64,000 bases of DNA from positions 99,510,001 through 99,574,000 of the forward strand of contig OZ287751.1 in the NCBI GenBank assembly GCA_965649765.1. Reading direction: 5' to 3'. The stretch is from Bispira polyomma. Taxonomy: Eukaryota. Shown here one piece after another: positions 35,989 to 48,589 of the stretch. Every line of letters begins with the position of its first letter. The stretch's first letter is position 1. The translations under genes and the position numbers were made by a program. The notes beneath the pieces were generated by a model. The model worked only from the letters and a program-made list of their open reading frames with translations, was not told where the DNA came from and did no database searches.

Positions 35989-38900
35989 TGTCAGTTTCCC
36001 CAGGTTAGGCTAATTATAGAAGCTCATTAGGCAAACCAGTGGCACCAAACTTTCCCGACAAAATTGTTTACCTGCCCAAGAATAAACACAATTATCCTTA
36101 TTCTGGGATAAAACATTAAAGGAATAACAAGTAAAAAAGAACTACATTCTCTTTTGGACGCCATCTTAACTATTTTACACTTTACAAACAACCAAAGGAT
36201 ATTTTAACTTACAGATGTTTTAAAGGACGTTTTTACAATTGTATATTTATAAAATGCTTTTAGAAAGACAATTACATATTAGTGAGTTTGTATATTGAAG
36301 TGGTGTGAAATACAAGGATAATACAATGACTGTCACGGCTCTACTGTATACAAATCATGGGGCCTAAAGAGCAGAGTAATAAACATAATATCAGAAGCAA
36401 GAACAAGGAGCAGTGTCATAAGTGTAATGCAAGAGATCGAGTGCCGGTAGAAGATCTCTGCCTCAAGGATGGACCAGCAGATCAGACCCTGTCGGCCGGA
36501 TAAGACAACCCAGATTAGTCTAATGTACAGGTGCCATCTACATCTAACCAGCAGCAGGAAAGAAGGGTAACCCACAACTACACTGCCAAAGGCAAGTACA
36601 CAAGTATTATTCAGTACATGAAAGCAGTGTTGATAATTGAAGTTATAGTAAGCTAGGGGTCAAGGACCACCTAAAGCCAGTGCTAAATAATTAAATTGTC
36701 CACAATATAAGGCATATAGAGAGCCATGTGTACAATGTGGACTCTAACATGTCAGATTTATTTAGTGAAACGCGTCAGACCCAGGAATGTTCTAATAATA
36801 ATGAGGGTGACCATAAAATTAATGTTAAATCGGCAGTAAAACAGGGTCAGTTTGGTGATGGGTTCCAAAGTTCCACCGTGAGTGCCCCTGCCACCATAAA
36901 CCAATTAAGTCATTGTGTAAATGTTTATGGGGAATTGAGCCTGCTAACAAAAGGGGGGAACTTACAGGAGTGGCTGAGGGGGTTTATACCAATTACGCCA
37001 GGACCACTTTTACAACTTCTCCCACACAAAAGGGCCTTGTGATACAAAGCAGTGACATGGTACAATGGGTTAAAAATTAAAAAGGTGTGCCTAATTACAA
37101 GGGAGCCAGAGTGTCTGTGCCCTCCCAATTAAACATACATGCATGGCATGCTTATTTAAAAGATTAAGACCACTCAATTGTTTGTGTTACCTCCAATATG
37201 GGTTCCCCTTAGCACTTGATTATAGTACTTTCCAGTACAACACACAGGTGGATAACCACTCGTCAGCATTGGCATATCCAAGTAAGTTACAAGGCAATGG
37301 TGGGACCTTTAAAACTAGTCCTTTCAAAAAATTACACATCTCACCATTAATGTCTAGGCCAAAACCAAACGGTAGTAGAAGAGTAATTGTGAACCTTTCA
37401 TGGCCATGTGGCATCAGTGTCAATTCTTGTATCCCCAAAAAGTTGTTTGACAATATTGAATATCAGCTTAAATATCCCACAATTGACAATATTGTGGACA
37501 AAATAGCCAGGTTAGGCTATACAAAATTGACTTATAACGGGCCTATAGGAACTTAAGGACGGACCCTTTTGATTATCCTGTCTTAGGTCTCATTTGGGGA
37601 GGTATATTATATGTGGACGTATCAGTCCTCTTTGGCCTTTCTTCTGGTGCATGCGCCTGCCAAATGGCAACTGATTGTATAAGATTCCTTATGTACACAA
37701 ATAATTATTGGGTATGCTCATACCTGGATGACTGCATAGGGGTTACGCCTCCAGGAAAGGCTAGGCTGACCAGTTAATGAAGATAAGGTAAATACCCCCA
37801 CAACTGAATTAGTTTGCCTAGGTATAAACATAAACGCTGACACAGGGTGTGTTACAATTCCAATGGACAAATTAATTGCCACCACACTCACCACACTCAC
37901 AGGGTACATTACTGTATTAAAACATTTCTTCCAAATGTATGACCTACCCACAAGTGCCTTGCAACAAAAAAGTGGCCCTTGTCATTTAATCAGTGTCAAA
38001 TAATGCACCACTTACATATAAGATTAAAGGAGCCGTCTCCCCTCAAAAACTTCAGCAGTTAATTGCCTTAGCTTCTGGGTTCCCCGGGGTCAGGCTTTTA
38101 GGCTTTTTCGGTTTTTACAGGCTGGCTACACTAGTTCCCAGCACAGCAGCCCAGTTCCAACCTTCCCGGTTTCCAACCGAAAGTGACGTGGTAGGGGGCT
38201 CACCTGGGGCCCATATTCTGACAAAGTGCGCCAAAAACATGCAGACGTCTGGCCAACTGCAGGTGGTACAGGTACCAAAGCTCCCTGGTTCAACATCTGT
38301 CCTGTTAAGGCTCTTCTGAACATTGTTCCTAAACACCCATCAAACAAAATTCCTTTATTTAAATATTTACACAAAGGTACTACGGTTGTAATCACTTCCT
38401 ACCAAGTGAGAAAAGTCCTTACTGGGCTATTGCATAGGCTCGGCTTCCCTCCTGCAGAATTGGAGTTCCACGCGCTCCGTCGGTCGGGGGACGTCATGGG
38501 CCTTCGACCATAATGTTGACTTGGATCACATAAAGGTGCACGGCAGTTGGAGGTCAGACGCCATTTGGCGTTACCTCATAAAAACACCCACAGTGCCTGG
38601 TAGGGTTGCAAACACATTTACAAAATACCTTTAACCATAAATTAATACCCCTACCTTTTGGGTTAGGTTATTTAAGTACATACGTATATAAGTAAACCTA
38701 CAACAATAGTGTAAATAGTTTAAGTAGTAGAGTTAACTAACAAATTAGTGGTTAAACCTTAATGCTAGGGTCACCTCAAAACACCAACCGGGGTGACATC
38801 AACTTAAGCTTGAGATAACCCTAACCTCTAGTGTAAGGTCGCCTTTAACATAGTCTAGTGGCTTGCCACATGGTAACCTCAACTTCAATTAAGGCTAACT

Positions 38901-39148
38901 TAGTTAAGGTCACCTTAAAGTCACAAGTTAAGGTTATGGCTACTTTTGTAGGTGACCTTATGTTAAGTAGATTAGTCGTGATATATACACTTTATAGACT
39001 AATATATATATATATTTGATGTTGTGTATTTTAATAAAAGCCCAAATATGTTACAAATTCGTTATTACTCTGTGTTATACCTTAACGTGCCTTCCAATAA
39101 TCTTGGATCATCTTAATCTCTTACTTGGACAACCTGGGGAAACTGACA
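35989..39148 (+). mobile_element. YR retrotransposon copy E, internally deleted, with perfect 18-bp terminal inverted repeats
   Basis: TGTCAGTTTCCCCAGGTT (35989-36006) / AACCTGGGGAAACTGACA (39131-39148). RT pieces 37143-37880 (SRRVIVNLSWP, YLDD); YR pieces ~37890-38634 (FHALRRSG, HGSW, WRY). Closest in motifs to copy B. Confidence 0.9.
38750..38963. repeat. 3' palindrome array of element E
   Basis: About 9-10 GGTNACC-like cores (38769, 38792, 38814, 38837, 38872, 38893, 38908, 38932, 38952), including TTAAGGTCACCTTAA with its core at 38908. Confidence 0.85.
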
Positions 39149-40139
39149 AAGAAACATACAATATTGTGTGAGTACAGTGTTCCTGCTAGCAGGCTGTGAT
39201 ACTTTGATACTCAGGACCTGCAGCGAAAACCTGTTACAGTTCTATCAGCGGCTGTGAATTATGTACTCTGTCTTAAATCATGCTAGTATAGCTGGTTTAA
39301 GTCGTAGAAGAGGAAGGTATCTTAAAAAAAGGTTTTATATTTTACACTATTTCACAAAATTTTACATTTAAATCGTTTATTATAAATCTACGCTTACACC
39401 TGCATGAATTAGGACGGGCTGGTCTGTTTTTATATTGAGTTTCAGACACTAAAACATTAACAATAACTATGGGACCTCGGAAAACATATGATTGCAGATG
39501 GTGTAGTGTCTGTTATGCAAAGCGATAAATGCACACGACTGGTAGTTAGTGACAAAATTCCTGAAAAACTTATCTTTACAGCCTTGTTTACACACCTTAG
39601 TTCCCTCTTGTACACACACACACACATATTTTTTTAGCTAACCATAAAAGATGGACTACGGTGAGTTACACATCACTGTTGTCAGAGAGTGCTGGCCATG
39701 AAATGGGTGTATAAAGCTGTCTCTTTCCCACACTTGGGGACAATAAAGGGCAGGGAGTTGCACCAGTTCATCAATGTTTACAGAGCTAAGTCAGGCCACT
39801 GGTATTATAAGTACGTTTCACTAATGCAAAAGATTAAAATGAACCAAATGAAAAATCCACTGGTTTAGAAAAGCTACCAGCCTGTGGCAACATGGTATAT
39901 GCAGATAGTGGTCCAGATAACCACCTCAAATGTTGGTCTAGCATTCAGTGAAATTTGTCATGCATGTAGTATGTAGAACTATTCCTTGTAGCACTATTGA
40001 CTATTTGGCTTTGGAATCAACAATGAAAATATTACAAGATGCAAATGTAACTGACAATTGCACAGGTTTAGATTTAGTTAGGCTTTGAATTCAATTGCAA
40101 CACCTTCGTATTATTGTATGATGTGTGGTGTACCCAACA

Positions 40140-40324
40140 AATTCTGGGTTGTGCAAGTACAGTTAGTGTAACCTTAAGTTAAGGTGTTTAATATGTATTG
40201 TTATGTGTGTGTTTAATAAACAGCCCAAATGTTTTATAAACTTGTTTGCTTTTCATTATTTAACTTATCACCTGTTTTAGCTGGCAACTCCGCCACTTAC
40301 CTTGGCATTGGCTGGGGAAACTGA
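40140..40324 (+). mobile_element. Relic 3' end of another YR element (H)
   Basis: TAACCTTAAGTTAAGGT, then AATAAACAGCCCAAATG, and terminal CTGGGGAAACTGAC, all matching the 3' end of E. Possible decayed RT/RNase H upstream (39450-40070). Confidence 0.6.
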
Positions 40325-42169
40325 CTTCAAATGTTGGTTTAACATTGAAATTAGAAACTTGTTATGGCTAAGCTGGTCAGGATTTTTATATTCTATATAT
40401 ATTTATATATAGTCTGCTACCAACATTCGCTTGTTTAATACAGATTACCTACATAAATAATTAATGCAAAAGATTAAAATGAACTTTTACTTTTGGATTT
40501 GTGATTCTGTAGTACAATGTACATTAATTAAAAGATCTATACGGATGAACTTAATTAGTAGGAATTAATTACTAGAGTCACTAACATAAAGTAGCTAAAT
40601 AAATGTTCAACGACACTGTTCCACTTGTACAATTTATACAGCTATCTCTTGTATTTATTCAACAATAAAAATATTATAAGAGACAAATAAAGCCAGCAAT
40701 TAAATAGGTCTATATACTCAGTAACGGTGTACCGTCAATTTTAACACTTTTATCAACATTTTACTGGTGGAGGAAACCAGTAGCGATTAGTTGGCCAATA
40801 TTTCTGTGTTGTACACCAGTCAGTTTGGCCAAGTATACTATTAACTTTCTGATATGAATGTCAAGGCCGAGCTTTAAACCCACAACTGCAGCAGTATTAC
40901 CTTTACACCACTGAGGCTCCGATGTATCATGGTCATTGTTAGGCATGTAATATATTGCCTATTGCGTCAATACTGAATGACGCTTTAGTTATTTATTATA
41001 AAAATGACAACTTTAATAATATTTATTGATCCATGTTAATTACATAATATGTAAAACGTATTGCCACCTGGTAAAATAAGCAGAACAGGAAACAATCACA
41101 CTTTCGTGCAACGAACTATATACTTTATTACAAATAATATTTATTTTCTCTAAAAGTACACGGTATAAGGAATATTTCATATCAGACAAAACAATTGTCG
41201 CGTTTCCTTGGAGATTAATAAAGGTAGTCATTAAGTGTAGCTTACTAGACCTTTAACATCAAATCCCAAATCATGCTTGTGAACTATATCATCAACTTAC
41301 TGTTTAAAATATCCAAACAAGCAAAAATATTCAAATGCTTCACCACAACTACAAGCTAATTTTGCTCCAAAAACAGCTCCTAGATTCATGATATTCTAGT
41401 TAAGCAAAAATGGTCTCTCCTATACATACGTTTATGTCACCTTTATCTTTTCAAATGGTACAGTGACAAGTCAGACAAGAACATTAAGATATTGTTTTCA
41501 TTAACCCTTTTGAGGGTTGTAATAATAATATTAATAATAAGTTTATTCCATCTAAGTTTTCAATGAAAAAACATACGTTATATACATTATATAGATTATT
41601 TTTGTAGATTTACACATTAGATATACTATTTCTGCTGTTGCACTTTAGATGATGCCTAGCATCAATAAAGCGCGTTAAAAATTCGTAATAGTATTAATAA
41701 TATTTCTTCTTTGAATATTTAAATTTGAATAAAAAGAACTTAGAATAGGGAAAGGGTAAAACTGAAGCAATGCTTATAAGATGCTGTATCCTTACTTCCA
41801 GTTTTGACATAAAAAAGCAAAATTTTTTTTTCAAATGTTAGTAACTTATAACTAAAACTAAACATCTGCAAAATAACATAATATACTCGTGCACTAAAGA
41901 TCTTTTTTCATACACTATTTATTTTTTTATTTGTTAATATAATTCAACAGTAAACTTTTTAAATCTAGGCAAGCAGGTGACACAGTTTGTTACACCCAGA
42001 ACTTATGTCTGTTGGCAAGCATCCAACGTCCTAAAATAATTGATTACATTTAATTCCTTGCAATAAGAAACTGTTGGTAGAGCAAACGCCTTTGTTTAAC
42101 AAGACACAGTTATTGGATACTGGAAGTAGCCTGTGTTGTGTGTTTTAGCGACACCAGCTATCTGTAAAC

Positions 42170-42550
42170 GTTTTTATTGTGCAACACTAAGGCGAGGAAT
42201 CTTCTAAAGTGCAACAACAGAATTGGTTATCTAATAGAAGAATTCCAAACACATAGCAAAGTCATAAGGAAGGATGTGGGGGAGTAGAAGCAGGAAACTG
42301 AGTGGGGGAAGGGGGAGGCCAGTTTGAAGAGGTGGGTTTAAAGCTTTTGCCTAAAAGCAAAAAGTGTTTCAAGCTCAACATGGAGACAGTTCCACTACAG
42401 CAACAGCAATGGAGAAAGCTCTAGACCCAGCCCCCTTGGTAGGTTTTGCAGAAGAAACAGAGAGTCGCTTTCTCCTTTTAAGGTTACTGAAAGCAAAGCG
42501 AGATGCAAGCTAGGAGGATTGTTGAGAGTTTAGCAGCTTTTAAATTAGTA
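42170..42550 (-). mobile_element. L2-type LINE 3' end fragment
   Basis: RAFSIA..WNCL..LK(T)HLF remnants; tail similar to 3040-3345. Confidence 0.65.
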
Positions 42551-43069
42551 ACATGGATTAAATCAAAATAATAAAATATTTCGAACAAATGTCCTTCAGT
42601 TCCACGTAGTCGTTTTTTTTCTAAACATAATAAATTTTTGTTTTGGTGACAGTTTGAAGTTAAGTTTCGGGCTAAATATTGCTTTCAACACATTTGTGTC
42701 GTATCACGCTAAGCAGCTCACTGATGGACGAAATCAAAACAGGATAGTTGGTCAAGGTTTGTTGCTCTACATACCACCAGCCTTTCAAGAAGTCTGCAAC
42801 AGCCGACTTTCCCACACACACCTTGGACGAATAATTCGCCACAGCAGAGGGGAGAGGTGATTGTATTTACCACTAAACCACTGAGGCCCAAAAATAAGGT
42901 AAAATGCATTTAATATTGTTACAATTATTATCTATAATTGCAATTTAAAAAAAAAATATTTTGTATTTCCTGTTGAGAAATATGTCACCACTTTCAAAGA
43001 TGTTGTTTCTCAACAATCCTCCTACATTCTCTTCTCCCAGTTGGTAACCTTGAGGGAGGAATTATTATT

Positions 43070-43315
43070 ATTTTTTAATTTGGATATTTAACGTCCATTC
43101 TAGTACCTTGGGAGGGTAGTTGGAAACACTGGAGGAAAACACTGCAAACAGTTGATCAAGGTTCTGCACTGAAACCAGCGGCCCACAGTAAGCAACTACC
43201 ACCTTTCCCACATAGGCATTGATGGGAGTAGAACCCACGCCAGCAGATCCCAGAGGTGAGAGACCAGTGATTGTAAAGCGCAATGCTTGCTAACCACTAG
43301 GCCACCACAGCCCCC
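43070..43315 (-). mobile_element. tRNA-derived SINE (same family)
   Basis: Reverse complement of the 1979-2246 element, with a small internal deletion. Confidence 0.9.
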
Positions 43316-43389
43316 AGATACAGAAGAGGTGAAAATGTACAACTGTTAATGTTGTGTGCAATAGACAAAGTATAAGTTCCCTTAAGAGA

Positions 43390-43690
43390 AGAAAAATACT
43401 TTCTGTTTCTTCTGTAAAGCCCACCAATCTACAAACCTAGATCTTTTATCAATTTTTGTCCCTATAGTTCTGAATAGTCTCACATTTGAGCTTTGATCAA
43501 TAGACATACTTTCGGGGTTTAGGAAACAACTTAAAACCTATCTCTACAAAGTCACTTACCCCTTTATTCCCTGTACACCCCACATCCTTCCTTGATACCT
43601 GTCTATGTTTTTCTGGACTTCTTGAATGATTAATTGATACTGCTGATGTAGCAGCTTAGAAGATGCATCACATCAATAAGGAACGTTAAA
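43390..43690 (+). mobile_element. L2-type LINE 3' end fragment
   Basis: FRKQLKTYLY remnant and similar 3' UTR. Confidence 0.55.
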
Positions 43691-44365
43691 GATATGTCAT
43701 TGCGGGGAGAAAAATCATGACCAGTCATTTGAAGAAAGTTGTTAGTTTACTGTATGTGTATCCACACAAGTTGTCCACTAGCATGAGCACCAATCAGAGA
43801 TTGTTTACTAGAAGCTTTTGCTGCCCTTTTCTGGGGTTATCTCATTAAATAATTAGAAACCAAAGTGTAAACAAGTAAAACAATATTTCCCAATGCGCCT
43901 CCCATTAAAAAAATCATTGTTAAAGTGTATGTACTATAATTTGTGCATATACTATCATAGCCAATCTTTACCTTAGTTTCAATTGGACTTTGGGGTTTGC
44001 ATCCTGCACTTTCATATGATTATCCATCTTGAACAAATCTTCTTGTGAAAACAAATGTTACTTTCTAATCAACCTTGAATCAGAAATCAAATATTGCCTA
44101 CCTCAAAACTGCTTTGGCTATATAACCTAAGTACTGTAGGTCACCCTCACCCAGAAACATTACAGACCTCATAATTAGCCTTTTCGCTGCAAAAAAACCC
44201 ATACTTTATAGTCATATTTCATTCTCAGAAAAACAATAATTCCAAAAATAACTCCCTATGGTCGATAATAGGAGAACAAAGCCATAGATATGGGTGATAA
44301 ATGCCAATATACTGCAACATAAATATTTAAGTAAAGTGGGAAAACATGAAAATAGTAGGCATTAA

Positions 44366-44924
44366 CCCTTTTCTGGTTTTCGCCTCTTTTTGTCTGGAGT
44401 TATAAAGTAGCTTTGCTAAGTACAGGAAAGTCAAATATAACAAAACAAATTAAAAAACTTAAAACAAAGATTTAATTAAATTATTATCATCTATGTTTAC
44501 TCTCTATGTCACTCTGTTGCATTGTGCTTTGGGCTTCAGCCACAGACTCAAATTTAACATTTAAATGTACATTATATCCTATACTAAAACGTGTATAAAT
44601 CACCACTAAACGTGTATAAATTATTCCTAAAACATGTATAAATCACCCATTATAAAAATAAAAATCACCAGTAAAATATGTGCACATGTATAGATATATA
44701 TGACGTACTTCCAGTGTTTTAAACGGGGCCATTATCAGGTATTGTGACTTTACAATTGCAGGCAATAGAGTAAACCAGTTCGTGATTACCAGTCAGTATA
44801 TGTTCTATACAGCTGCGCAAGTACATGTATGAAGTTTTAAACTATCGGGTCTCGTTTGGAATATAAATGACTTTACAATAATGAATCAGCCGGACGTCAT
44901 CCGACATATAAGGCTAAAAAGGGG
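44366..44924. mobile_element. Possible piggyBac-type MITE
   Basis: TTAA|CCCTTTT ... AAAAGGGG|TTAA ends; internal AAACGTGTATAAAT repeats. Confidence 0.5.
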
Positions 44925-46864
44925 TTAAATGGAGGTTACACTTCAGGATAGGGAAATTTAATTCTCAATAAAAATTTGAATAATTTAAACTTGTATTGAT
45001 TTTTCAAGTAAGAAAATAATCAACGGTGAAAAATAATTATTGTGAAATTTTTATTGCATGAAATTTTTTACTGTTTACACTTTTACAGTAATCAGGCTCT
45101 GTGCCTCCCATAGGAGCTTTAATAAATTGTTATTTCACCTTTGTTTGTTATTATCTGAAATACCAGAATATGTTTTCTTTATATTTACCCTCAGAGGGAA
45201 GGTTATTACTATTGGTATGATTTATTATTTGTTCATTGTTTGTTTATTGTACGCTTTTTAGTCAAATGATATTGCGTTGGAGGGATGTTGCAAGGAAGAA
45301 TTTCTTAATCCTTTCCACCACAAAAAAAAAAAAGTATCGCTAGGAACTGAAAAACATTTTTGGATAGGTTACATATAGCTCATACACATGCCAGAGGCAA
45401 CTTCCAATATTCAGCTTCACCTACAATTTTAAAAAGAAAGTCTGCCTTTTCAAACCATTTCCTATTGCAAGGTACTAAAGAAAAAAAATATAATATTTTG
45501 GGATGTGTCATTAACAAGCATTTACTTGAACCTAACCTGCAAAACCTTCATTAAATACCGTATACTAATTCCCACTTTGCTGACAGTAATTATTGTATTA
45601 TTTCCTGAACCTTAATATCACCACTGCACTTATTGTATTAACTACTGTCTTGTTAACCCTTTTGAACTCAAGAGAACAATTTCACCCGGAACTGAATGAT
45701 ATTTTTTAGATAAAAAGTTACAGATAGCTGGAGTCACTAAAACACGCACCACAGATTAAATCTGGCATTCAATAATGTCCTCGGGTGTAATTTATTTAAA
45801 CAAAACAGTTTACTGTACTGATAATTTCCTATTGGGAGGAACTGAAGGAAAATAAAATAATATTTTCGGATGTGGACTGCTTTGGAACAGACATAGGGGG
45901 TCGATTGAAATGTCCTTGATTTACAATTTAGTGAAACTAGCAGTCTTATGTTTAACAACAATGAAATATTTGGCTTGATGCTATATATGATATCACATAA
46001 AATAATAATGGTGTATTTTGTATTTCTCAATTTGGATAAGAAGACAGCTTTACAGTTGACATTTTTACACTGATCACATTTGTCTGTAAGATCTTGTCCA
46101 CCTATACAACAACTTCACTGCACCCTTTTATCTTGTGTGCTGGAGCCTCACTGTGGGAGCGACAAAGACATAAAAGAATGGGAAACAGAGAACAATAACC
46201 TGTAATGGAGCTTAGGCACGAAGTTCTATTTTGTTTAAGTATATGTTAAGTGAAAGCAGTTCTTACATAAGATCAATCTAGTATGTGTAATCTGGTTATA
46301 AATGATGGACATGAACCCTTAGGTAATACAGGATTCCAACAAACTGTTTGGAAATCTTTTTTTAAACATTTTCAATACCAATCTCATTGCTGTATTGTAC
46401 CAATGTTATTACATATATAAATCAGTACTCAGCTTATCTTTCACCAAACCTTTACATCTTAAAAAGATCACAATATGTAAATAATTAAAAAAAATACATC
46501 CACGTGTTTCCTCCTAAATATTATAAATGGGATTTTATAATTCCACAATTTCCCATGTATATGGTGCCTCCTCTGAGATTTCTATATCACTTCAGCAGAC
46601 ATCAATTGTAATTTTGCGCACAATAAACTTTGTTTAAAATACTCTGCCCTATTGCTCTTTACAGACTTGCAACTTGGGTGTTTTATGAACACAGTCAGAG
46701 CAATAATTTTGGTAATAAAGGATGACTTAGTTGCATTATCTACCAAATGATCTACCCAAATGGCACCCATTTATTATTAATGTACCTTGCAGACCATGTT
46801 AAACAGCTATATTAGACAGGGTTTCTACTGAGAAAAACAACATGCATTGTACCATTAGGTTTGC

Positions 46865-48480
46865 CAGTTTCCTACAAGATGATCTTGAATATTGATGGTA
46901 TGTGAAAAGTTAGTAAAAGAGGAAGAGTGGGGATATTAGTTTTAATGATTAAATTAAATTCCTAACATTTATTTACATACTGAGTTGAGAGGGCACCTTA
47001 GAAGCATGCATTTCAAATTTGAAAAAATAAAGTCACCTTAAATTGAGATGACAACTTAAGGTGACTAGAAAATGTAATTTGAAACGAAGACTGGCCTTAA
47101 CTTTGGATAATAAGGCTACCTTAAATGTAAATAAACTTTTGAGTTTAGGGTAACGTTAAGTCTTGGTAAGGTTACCCTAAAGAGTTTATAAAGATGTATG
47201 AATTAAGTTAAGGGTTAATAAGAAGAGTGCTAAGGTCGCCCCAAACATTTATATGTAAGACATTCTAAAGCATGCATGATGTTTTATATAAAATATATGT
47301 AAATAGGGACCCAAAGAAGACTCTTGAATGCAAAGCTCCTTGCTCAGATGCATTGTAGTCATACAAAATATACTTCCACATGCACTCCGACGTCAAGGTG
47401 CTATGACTCTGTATGTCCTGGAATGGTTCATTGCTATTAAAAACAAAAATGGCACTAGATGTTTAGGCCTTTATGTTGTTTGAGTGGCTATCTGTCTTAG
47501 ATGAGAGGGCACATCTGCAATTATATTGACCAATCGACATGTAATATACCATCATGGACTTGGACCCACTGTGGGTTAGGTATTAAGTTGATTAGTTTGT
47601 TAATATTATCAGGCGTGAGTGGCCATTTATACAGCAGATCCGACACATGATTGTCTCTGCCTAGTGTATGAATAGTTCTTAAGCTGATATCGACTAAGGC
47701 AATTTCCATAAAAATGTTTCTTGCCACAGCTGACAGTGTCAAATCTTTAGTCTTACCCGAGCCCAAGATTCCTACTACAGCTGCATTATCACACTGAATA
47801 ATGAGTCTCTTGCCTGCCCATAGGGATTTCCAGACCTTTATAGCCACCTAAATGCACAATGGTGAGGTACAGGTAACCCAAAGGGAGTGAATGCTCCAAA
47901 CCTAGTCATTGAACCTACCCCTTAGGCCCTTGTAGGCATGCATCCAACTGATTTCAGTCAATGGTTGGTTCATGGTAAAAAAGGCTGTGCCATTGAAGAC
48001 AGGCAAAATTTTGCTGAACTAGTTGATGTCCTAATAAAAACTCAGTTCTTAATTTGTAGGAGTGAAGTCTTGCATGTTCACTAAAACCCCAAGGCAGGTA
48101 GCTTTGGTTCCAGGATAAACTGGTTTCTTTTCACTAATGACAAAGCCAAGTTATGGTAACAAGTGATACAACATGTCAAATGACTGTCTACTTTCTAAGG
48201 GGCTGCCATACCCAATGACATCTTCGGTGTAGTTTGTCATGTTATACCCATGATGCTTCCTGATAAATCTGATGCCATCGCTGAAAACTCACGCAATCAT
48301 GTCTAAAGCCAAACAGCAGACAGGAATAGACGTAATATTTGTCAAATTAAAGACCCTGAAGGCTGTAGTCAGCTGGGGCCATTTTCACGTCAATTTAATA
48401 TAATTAAGTACCACATCCAAGCCGACAAATTGTGCTTGTGATTGTATCAATAATAGGCAATGTATAGGCCTTATCTGAAG
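46865..48480 (-). mobile_element. YR retrotransposon copy D, heavily deleted
   Basis: RNase H ORF 47521-47847 (CDNAAVV, NHVSDLL); RT relics to ~48480; YR reduced to N- and C-terminal stubs (47330-47514); array 46990-47243; CAGTTTCC terminus at 46865. Confidence 0.85.
46990..47243. repeat. 3' palindrome array of element D
   Basis: About 8-9 variants, e.g. GGGCACCTTA, AGTCACCTTAA, TTAAGGTGAC, TAAGGCTACCTTAA, TTAGGGTAACGTTAA, TAAGGTTACCCTAA, TAAGGTCGCC. Confidence 0.85.
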
Positions 48481-48589
48481 TTCAAAAGCATACTTGTTCG
48501 CCTCCATGTCCTCATCTTTACATAAAGAAGTCTTACGTGAACCACCTTGGTTACCTGTTTGCTGTCTGATCTGTCAACTTTTCCTGAAA

